From a virus (Duplodnaviria > Caudoviricetes): DNA of 30,703 nt. The DNA lies in the IMG/VR virus record IMGVR_UViG_3300035676_000028, positions 1 through 30,703 of that record. One strand, written 5' to 3'. The notes beneath the pieces are model-generated. The model saw nothing but the letters and a program-made list of their open reading frames with translations. It was not told the DNA's origin and did not search any database. This document shows, piece after piece, positions 23,902 to 30,703 of the stretch; position 1 is the first letter of the stretch, and each line of letters opens with the position of its first letter. Made by a program: the position numbers and the translations under genes.

Positions 23902-25952
23902 AGGATGTTGCCACCCCCAAGGATGTCGTTGTTGATGGCCACGACTCCGGTGTTGCCTACGCCATAGATGGCGGTCGCGCCGTCTGTAGTTGACCTGAAC
24001 TTACAGCCTGACACGAGTCCGGTTGCGTAGGCATCAAAGCCCACGCCACAGCCCCCAGGCCCGTATCCTGATGGGATGTCGGCATAGTTGAGGAATTCAC
24101 AGCCCGTGATTATCGCATCGCAGTCATAGGTGCCATCTGGGTAGGTGTCGATGGTGACGCAGCCGATGTAGTTGTTGCTGGTCACGTGGTCAAACCTGCT
24201 GTTGGCAATCTTCACGCCACGACAGTTGACAACCCAGAGGAATTCATAGGGCCAGTATGCTGCGTGGTCAAAGGTGAGGGTGGTATCTGAGATGTATGCT
24301 TCGCCAAGGCCCGCCAGCGTGACCAGCAGGCGATAGTATGACATCAGCTTCACATTGGACAGCCTGAAGCTGCCGTCATAGTTTGGCACACCGTCATAGC
24401 CACCATTGCTCGTGTTGTAGTGCTGAAGGTAGATGGCCTCAGTGGTCGCATCAGTTGTGGTGGCTCTGAAGTCCTTGCCCAAGAAGTGCTTACACTGGAT
24501 GACCCATGTGAAGCCGCCAGTGATGAGAGTGGCGCTGCCAGACCCTTTGATGGTCACTGAGACCTTGCTCGATGCGATGTATGTAACACGGCCCGCAAAG
24601 GCAAAGGTGCCCTCAAGGAAGATGATGGTGCCACCAGCTGTGCCGATGTCGCCCAGAGCAGACTCAAACTGCTCATAATCATTCGTGCCATCGCACAGGT
24701 AGTCAGCGCGTCCAGGGTCAACACTGTTGGAGGCAGCAATGACCACCGTCTGGGGCACAATGTCCTTCCACCAGCGGCCCTCGCGCGCGTACATGCGCAG
24801 CTCTTGGGCGCGCGGGTCTACAGCCTCAACAAACAGTGGGCGATACTGCCCCAGCGTGGCCTTGTCCTTGAGCGGGTCTGTGTAGTGGCGGCTGAGAGCA
24901 ATGACACGGGCCGACAGAGCCAGTGGCGGCTGGAAGGTGAAGTCCTTGACCAGCACCGTGTCGCCCAGCTCAACCAGCTCATGCTGGAATGGGGCAGTTG
25001 GGTCGCTGCTCACCTGTTGAGGCAACTTGTCGAGCATTGCGGCATCGACATCATAGGTGAAAGCGGGCTGGCAGACCTCTGCCAGAGCCGTCTGTGTCTT
25101 GGCCAACAGACTCGTGGCATCAGCCTCATCAGGGTCTTGGTACACGCCCAGGATATGGTCTACATTCGTTGCGTCGCGCCGTATGCCGTACAGCGCGCGG
25201 GCCGTGTCGTTGCCAATCCAGTCCACGCCGCCATTGACAGGCGCGATTGTGACGAATGAGCCGTCATCATTGCTGGCTCCAAGCCCGACAAGAGCCGTGT
25301 ACATGGGGATGGAGTCGGCAATGCGCTTCACCCCCAGGATGTCCTTTGCGTACTCAAACACCTTGTAGGTCGCTTTGCCTCGCTGCTGCCACATGTGGAC
25401 CTTGCGGCTTGCGATGCTCATCACCTGGCCGCTGGTGAGTGTCACCTCAAATGAGACCTCAACACCCCAGAGCGCAGCGATGTCGTGGATGCCCTTCAAC
25501 ACCGTTGGGTAGGTCTTCAGCTCAAGTGTCTTGGTGCCAGCCGTATCATACACGGTGCCTCTGGTCCACCTGGTGCTAGTGAGGACAGAGTCCAACATGC
25601 CGGACACCGTTGTGTTCAGTGTGCCTGGCCTGTAGACATACCCATTCAGCTCATAGGCAGCAGCCTCACAATATGCTCTGCGATACCGCTGGCCTTGAGG
25701 CGCGCTGACCTCATCGACCGTCTTGATGGTGAAGAGCCTGTATGCGCCTTGGTCGGCAAAGATGACTTGATTCTGAGGAGCAATGAAGGCAGCGGTTGCG
25801 TGGTCCATCGGCACCTTGAACTCAAAGGTGTCCTTGTAGGGCTGAAGCTGCTCTGTGCGCACATCATCCCAGAATGGACAAGCATCAGCAGAGCCGTTTG
25901 ACAGGCCCGCAACTATCACATCCTGAGGATTGGCAATCCAGATAGTGTCCAT
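23898..25952 (-). CDS. Tal / tail spike: prophage tail endopeptidase-like domain plus pectin-lyase-like beta-helix
   Basis: FEYAKDILGVKR, YTALVGLG, VELGDTVLVKD, ARVI; then VIAASNS...ADYLCDGTND...GGTIIFLEGTF and beta-helix-like repeats; TGATG overlap with Dit. Confidence 0.8.
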   Translation of the reverse strand: MDTIWIANPQDVIVAGLSNGSADACPFWDDVRTEQLQPYKDTFEFKVPMDHATAAFIAPQNQVIFADQGAYRLFTIKTVDEVSAPQGQRYRRAYCEAAAYELNGYVYRPGTLNTTVSGMLDSVLTSTRWTRGTVYDTAGTKTLELKTYPTVLKGIHDIAALWGVEVSFEVTLTSGQVMSIASRKVHMWQQRGKATYKVFEYAKDILGVKRIADSIPMYTALVGLGASNDDGSFVTIAPVNGGVDWIGNDTARALYGIRRDATNVDHILGVYQDPDEADATSLLAKTQTALAEVCQPAFTYDVDAAMLDKLPQQVSSDPTAPFQHELVELGDTVLVKDFTFQPPLALSARVIALSRHYTDPLKDKATLGQYRPLFVEAVDPRAQELRMYAREGRWWKDIVPQTVVIAASNSVDPGRADYLCDGTNDYEQFESALGDIGTAGGTIIFLEGTFAFAGRVTYIASSKVSVTIKGSGSATLITGGFTWVIQCKHFLGKDFRATTTDATTEAIYLQHYNTSNGGYDGVPNYDGSFRLSNVKLMSYYRLLVTLAGLGEAYISDTTLTFDHAAYWPYEFLWVVNCRGVKIANSRFDHVTSNNYIGCVTIDTYPDGTYDCDAIITGCEFLNYADIPSGYGPGGCGVGFDAYATGLVSGCKFRSTTDGATAIYGVGNTGVVAINNDILGGGNIL

Positions 25953-27436
25953 CACCACCACCTTGGGGTGTACCGGCAGTTACCGTTTGAGATGGTGCCG
26001 CCAGAGTCAACCACAATCGTGTTGCTTCCAGGGTCAAGTGGGAAGAATTGGGAGCCCACATGAACCGCATCCATCCAAGGCACGCCATCCCTGGTCACCA
26101 GGTTCCTCGCGCAGTCAACGCTGATGCGGTTGCCGTTCTTGATGTACTTGATTGCGCTGCTCGCGCCGATGCTTGTCAGCTTCTTCACCCAGATGTTGTA
26201 GAATCGATGAGCCAAAGGTGCGGTGCCTGCGCTGTGTGTGGCCATGAAGATGTCGATGTACCGGATGGGGTCATCGCCAAGAGACTCGCCATCGATGCGC
26301 ATTGCGCCGTCGCTGTATGACCAGACCTCATTTGGCGTGCCGTAGTTGGAGACCAGTCCAAAGCTGGCCATCCACTGGGTGCCAAAGCGTGCTATGCTGA
26401 GCCAGCCGTTGTCAAAGCTGGCCCAGGCTGAGGGCATACAGCCGGCATAGGGTCTGGGATTGTATATCCAGCGACGGTTGGCCGATGTTCCATAGCCACC
26501 ATAGCAATAGGTCTGAATGGCGCTTGTCCACCAGTCAGCAACTCCAAGCCTGAACACAACTGCGCCCGCAGCTGTGACGCCATAGATGTCTGTGATGCCC
26601 AGATAGGCATTCGTGTTGTTGTGGCAATTCTGTCCCACCAGCGCCTCAAGGATGAAGTTGTCTGTGCCGCCAATGTCGCTGGACAGCTGGTGTCGGATAC
26701 AAGGCCCGTGCCAGATGTTTGAGCTGGCACCGTATGAGGATGGGTAGAAGTAGCCGCCAGCCGCAGCCATGGTGCCCTCTTTGATGGCGTCACCTTCTGG
26801 CGCGATACCGTCTGTGCCCCAGTCCATCGTGGCCATCTGCTCATTGAGGACATAGGGCCAGTTGTCCTCAGTGGTCTGCTCAGTCTCTGGCGGTGCGCCA
26901 ATCTGGATGAACTTGCCGCTGCTCTGATGAGTGAATCGCATGTGTGTGCTGTCAGCGGTCGCTGTGGCCGTCAGGAATGGGTAGGCAGGAGCCAGACCGG
27001 AGTTGGTCACGCTGTTGGAGCCGACTGACAGCCCTGTGTCAGCATAGGTTGTGCCATAGATGAATGGGTCATTACAGATGAAGTTGAGGGTGCCTCTGCC
27101 TGCTATCGCAAGGTTGGTCCAGTCAGTCGGCCCGATGATGGCCTTGTACTGCTTGTTGGCCTCATCGCTGAATGAGAGCCAGCACGGCACGGGCCTGCGC
27201 AGCTTGCTCGCCAGCGTCATCACCGCACTCCGGTAGTTGGCCTCAGATGTGCTCACCAAGGCAATCTCAATCTTGATGGCGCGCTCATCGACCTCATAAC
27301 CGGAGTAGTAGCTGCCTGGCCGTCCTGGGATGACCAGTTGGTTGGACTTGTGTTCAGGGTACAGCGGTCTGACAACATTCAAGACCGACACACCCAGAGT
27401 CGCGCTTGTGTTACCGTCATATGTGAAGGTTATCAA
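25952..27436 (-). CDS. Distal tail protein (Dit), long form with an internal insertion
   Basis: FTYDG, IPGRPGSY, LSFSDEANKQYKA, LNFICNDPFIYG, C-terminal FFPLDPGSN...YTPRWW. Confidence 0.85.
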   Translation of the reverse strand: MITFTYDGNTSATLGVSVLNVVRPLYPEHKSNQLVIPGRPGSYYSGYEVDERAIKIEIALVSTSEANYRSAVMTLASKLRRPVPCWLSFSDEANKQYKAIIGPTDWTNLAIAGRGTLNFICNDPFIYGTTYADTGLSVGSNSVTNSGLAPAYPFLTATATADSTHMRFTHQSSGKFIQIGAPPETEQTTEDNWPYVLNEQMATMDWGTDGIAPEGDAIKEGTMAAAGGYFYPSSYGASSNIWHGPCIRHQLSSDIGGTDNFILEALVGQNCHNNTNAYLGITDIYGVTAAGAVVFRLGVADWWTSAIQTYCYGGYGTSANRRWIYNPRPYAGCMPSAWASFDNGWLSIARFGTQWMASFGLVSNYGTPNEVWSYSDGAMRIDGESLGDDPIRYIDIFMATHSAGTAPLAHRFYNIWVKKLTSIGASSAIKYIKNGNRISVDCARNLVTRDGVPWMDAVHVGSQFFPLDPGSNTIVVDSGGTISNGNCRYTPRWW

Positions 27437-29676
27437 CGCTGGCCCCCTGCTCTGCGCTCTTCAATCAGTCTGCGGTTGAGTCGCTCTGCCAGGTAGTCAA
27501 TGTCCATATCGCCCGACAGCTGCGCTTCCACAGTGACATAGGTATCGCCATAGGTGGTGGTGGACGGTACTCCCACCAGCCCTACACCTGCCACAGAGGC
27601 AGCACTAGGGATGGCCAAATCCAGCCCATTCAGCGCGCTCTTCACCTCAGGAGCCGTCTTGACAATGGCCTTGGCCATCGACTCCATCAGGTTCTCACCA
27701 AAGGCATAGAACACCTTGGATGGCGAGCCGATGCCCAGCAGCTTCTTGACCCACTTGATTGCGCCCTTCAGACCGCTGACAATGGCGTCACCGATGTCGC
27801 CAACCTTGTCCTTGACTGCCCTCACCATTCCTTGAATGAGGTCGCGCGCCGCATCGGCAAACTTGCCCACCCAAGACTTCACCGCATTCCATGCGCCCTT
27901 GAGGGCTGTGCTCACGATGTTCGCCAGCCCGCTGAGGATGGTGCTGATGACCTTCACCGCGCCGTTGAGGATTGTCCCCACGACACCCTTGATAGACTCC
28001 CAGGCACCCTTCCAATCGCCCTTGATTATCAGCATCACGGTCTTGATGATGCCCAGGATGACATTGATTGCGGTGCTCACAACCGTCTTGATAACATTCC
28101 ACACGGTGGTCAGCACAATCTGAAGGTACGGCCAAACCGCCATCCAGACTGCTTTGATGACTGTCAGCGCAGTCTTGATAACGGTTGAGATGACATTGAC
28201 CACAGTCTGAATCGTGCTCTTGATGAGCGGCCAGTTGGCCTGAACCCAAGCGATTATCACGCCCATCGTGGCCATCATGAAGGCCATCGCATCCTTGACC
28301 ACGCCCTTCAGGAATTCAAACACAGGCGTGACGATGCTCACGATGGTGTTCCAGATAGCCATCAGCGCGTCGATGATTGGCTGCCAGTCGATGGAGCCGA
28401 CAAGGTCAGTAAACACCTGCCACAGCGCCTTGGCCGCATTCATGATGGCGGTGAACCATGGTCCAAGCGGCAGGCCTATCAGCTCACCAATGACATCCAG
28501 GAAGTATGTGATGTCTCCAAATCTGAATGCGTCGCCAATGCCCATCGCAATCCACTTGAGCGCGTCGATGAACGGCTGGATGGCGGGCTTGACGGCATCC
28601 CAGAGGCCCGCCAAGACCGCTTTCACCTTGTCCCAATTCTTCACGATGAGGTATGCTGCGCCTACGACCAGCGCAATGATGAGAGCGATAGGCCCGCTGA
28701 TGGCGCCCACGACCGTCGCAATCACAGGCGCAATTGTCCCGATGGCTGAGATGATTGTTCCGGCAAACACGAGTATCGGGCCCAAGGCAGCCGCGATGGC
28801 TGCGCCGATGAGGATGAATCGCTTGGTGCTGGGACTCAGGGCCGCAAAGCCCGCTGCCAGCTTGGACAGCCAGCCCACGAATGCCTTGATGGTGGGGATG
28901 AGCGGCTCAATCATGCTCGCCAGCCCCATGCTGACGGTATCCTTCAGGGTTGAAATCAGGCCTGTCAGCGACTGGGACTGCTTGTCCATCATGCCTGTGA
29001 CCTTCTGGAGACCAGGCCCAGCTGAAGTCTCGATGGCCTCAAACATCTTGTTCGCATCCACCTGCTTCTTGGTGACCATTTCTTGCGCCTTGGCAACGGT
29101 GACGCCAAGCGTACTCGCCAGTGCTTCCCAAGCAGGGATGCCGGCTTCAGTCAGCTGCATCATTTCTTCAGCAGTGACTTTGCCCTTCTGTCTCATCTGC
29201 GTCAATGCTCGCACGGCCCGCTCGATGCCCTCTGAGCCTGTGCCCATCGCGCTCGTGGCGTTGCCGAGTGTAGTCATGATTGGGATGATGCTCTTGGTGT
29301 TGGTGCCGACAGCCGCAAGCCTGCTCGCAGCGGTCGCCAGGTCAGGGAATTCAAATGGCGTCTTGGCTGCGAATGCCTTCAGCTCTTCCATGTAGCTGCC
29401 TGCCTTCTCAGCAGACCCCAGCAGGGTGGTGAAGGCAATCTTGGTCTGCTCCAAGTCGGCCGCAGACCGGACAGCCATCGTGCCGACAGCCATGAGTGGT
29501 GCGGTCAGGCCCAGGCTCATCTTGGCGCCTACACCTATCATCGATGAGCCAAGGTTCTTCAGCTTGGCGCCTGCTTGCTCGCCAAAGCTGCCGATGCTTG
29601 ATTGGGCTTGGGACAGGCTGCTGTTCAGGTTGCTAATGTTGCCTTCAACATTGACCGTCAACTTGTCCAGCAGCAC
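27433..29676 (-). CDS. Tape measure protein
   Basis: FAAKTPFEF, QMRQKGKVTAEEMMQLTEAGIP, central hydrophobic segments, ~11-residue Trp-spaced repeats, LGIGSPSKVF. Confidence 0.93.
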   Translation of the reverse strand: MLLDKLTVNVEGNISNLNSSLSQAQSSIGSFGEQAGAKLKNLGSSMIGVGAKMSLGLTAPLMAVGTMAVRSAADLEQTKIAFTTLLGSAEKAGSYMEELKAFAAKTPFEFPDLATAASRLAAVGTNTKSIIPIMTTLGNATSAMGTGSEGIERAVRALTQMRQKGKVTAEEMMQLTEAGIPAWEALASTLGVTVAKAQEMVTKKQVDANKMFEAIETSAGPGLQKVTGMMDKQSQSLTGLISTLKDTVSMGLASMIEPLIPTIKAFVGWLSKLAAGFAALSPSTKRFILIGAAIAAALGPILVFAGTIISAIGTIAPVIATVVGAISGPIALIIALVVGAAYLIVKNWDKVKAVLAGLWDAVKPAIQPFIDALKWIAMGIGDAFRFGDITYFLDVIGELIGLPLGPWFTAIMNAAKALWQVFTDLVGSIDWQPIIDALMAIWNTIVSIVTPVFEFLKGVVKDAMAFMMATMGVIIAWVQANWPLIKSTIQTVVNVISTVIKTALTVIKAVWMAVWPYLQIVLTTVWNVIKTVVSTAINVILGIIKTVMLIIKGDWKGAWESIKGVVGTILNGAVKVISTILSGLANIVSTALKGAWNAVKSWVGKFADAARDLIQGMVRAVKDKVGDIGDAIVSGLKGAIKWVKKLLGIGSPSKVFYAFGENLMESMAKAIVKTAPEVKSALNGLDLAIPSAASVAGVGLVGVPSTTTYGDTYVTVEAQLSGDMDIDYLAERLNRRLIEERRAGGQR

Positions 29677-29682
29677 TGTCCT

Positions 29683-29916
29683 TCACCCCTTCTTGATGCG
29701 TTCGCCATACATGTCGTGGAACCTGTCACGGTCTGGCGTTTGATTTGGCATGGGGTCATCCCCAGTCAACAGCTCCACGCCGCGCCGATAGAACATCACC
29801 ACACGCTCATAGGGCATGGCCATCACATACTCAAATGGCCAGCCGTACACGTGGCAGACCGTCGCCACTAGCCGCTCAGCGGCAGCTGGGTCTCGCCTGC
29901 CACGCTTGCTTCCCCC
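29683..29916 (-). CDS. Tail assembly chaperone, frameshifted C-terminal part (gpGT-like)
   Basis: The -1 frame is open from slippery G GGG GAA (29916-29910) through VATVCHVYGWPFEYVMAMP to the stop at 29683. Confidence 0.8.
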   Translation of the reverse strand, partial: GGSKRGRRDPAAAERLVATVCHVYGWPFEYVMAMPYERVVMFYRRGVELLTGDDPMPNQTPDRDRFHDMYGERIKKG

Positions 29917-30227
29917 AGTTCATCCTCTGAGTCTGCGTTGGCGATGAACTCAACCAGCGCAGCCGTCTGCTTCACCGACAGTTGCGCTATCAGCCACTCA
30001 CGGGTGATGTCTGGGTTGGCTCCTTGAAGCAGGTCGCTGATGAAGTCCACGACAGCCTCAAGCTGCGTGCTGTTGTCTGTCAGCTCCTGCTTCATCTTGA
30101 CCAGCCTGAGAACGCTCTCAAGCGGCATATCGGGCACCAACAGCACGCGCCCTTTCAGCGTGACCGTGCGCGGTTCAGGTACCAGCGCATCCAGGTCAAG
30201 GTGTTTGGCCGTTGACATGCTTGTCAC
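29868..30227 (-). CDS. Tail assembly chaperone (gpG-like)
   Basis: Between the major tail and tape measure genes; slippery heptamer near the 3' end. Confidence 0.85.
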   Translation of the reverse strand: MTSMSTAKHLDLDALVPEPRTVTLKGRVLLVPDMPLESVLRLVKMKQELTDNSTQLEAVVDFISDLLQGANPDITREWLIAQLSVKQTAALVEFIANADSEDELGEASVAGETQLPLSG

Positions 30228-30236
30228 TCCTCACTG

Positions 30237-30703
30237 CTAGGTGCCATCGTACTGTTCGTCATAGATTTCAAACAGCTGGTCGCCAGCCGTCCTGCTCGTG
30301 TCGCAAGTGCCCACCATCTTGATAGGTGTCGCTGCGACATCGTCGGCATCATCAGCAGGGAATTCAATGGTGATGCCGGACTCACTCGTGGCCTTGAAGA
30401 CAGTGATGTAGAACATCTTGCCGGATGCGTTGGTGTTGGTGAACCTCACGACCTGAGCCGTGAGCTGCATGTTGCCGCCAGTCTTGTACAGGTTGCTTGC
30501 GAGTGGCGTGTAGGTGTAGTCCACCTGTGCCACATCACCATCAGCAAACGCGCCCGTGGTCGTGCGTGCGATGCAGGTGTAGCCTGCGGTGTCCACATAG
30601 ATGATGTAGTCAGTGTTGCGGACACGGGCCGCGCCACCCTCAGTGACGACGATGGATGCGACCTCTGTGCCTGCGCCGTTCTTGAAGTTCAGGCGCTGGC
30701 CAG
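30237..30703 (-). CDS. Major tail (tube) protein, C-terminal part
   Basis: Frame is open to the right edge (GQRLNFKNGAGTEVASIVVTEGG...VDYTYTP...GDQLFEIYDEQ); sits upstream of the chaperones and tape measure. Confidence 0.75.
   Translation of the reverse strand, partial: GQRLNFKNGAGTEVASIVVTEGGAARVRNTDYIIYVDTAGYTCIARTTTGAFADGDVAQVDYTYTPLASNLYKTGGNMQLTAQVVRFTNTNASGKMFYITVFKATSESGITIEFPADDADDVAATPIKMVGTCDTSRTAGDQLFEIYDEQYDGT

Overview
Part of a GC-rich (roughly 60% by eye) tailed dsDNA phage genome with siphovirus-type tail genes. All credible genes are on the minus strand. In transcription order (right to left): major tail protein (partial), tail assembly chaperones with a -1 frameshift, tape measure, Dit, Tal with a beta-helix domain, a minor tail protein, a lysis cassette (membrane protein, amidase, holin), a repeat-rich noncoding region, an RHH regulator, a sigma70-like promoter with a ~600-nt structured leader, small early genes, a recombination/replication block (SNF2 helicase, PD-(D/E)XK nuclease, Sak4-like ATPase, DUF669 SSB, TOPRIM-MCM primase-helicase), a nucleotide-chemistry operon, DnaE, a ThyX-like enzyme, a HicA-like protein and a RuvC-like resolvase (partial). 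The most interesting element is the operon of FAD oxidoreductase, NTP-pyrophosphatase/HAD nucleotidase fusion, SDR, class III aminotransferase, dNMP kinase, DnaE and a divergent ThyX. It looks like a pre-replicative base-modification pathway that I cannot match to a characterised one. All calls come from reading motifs by eye; no searches were run.
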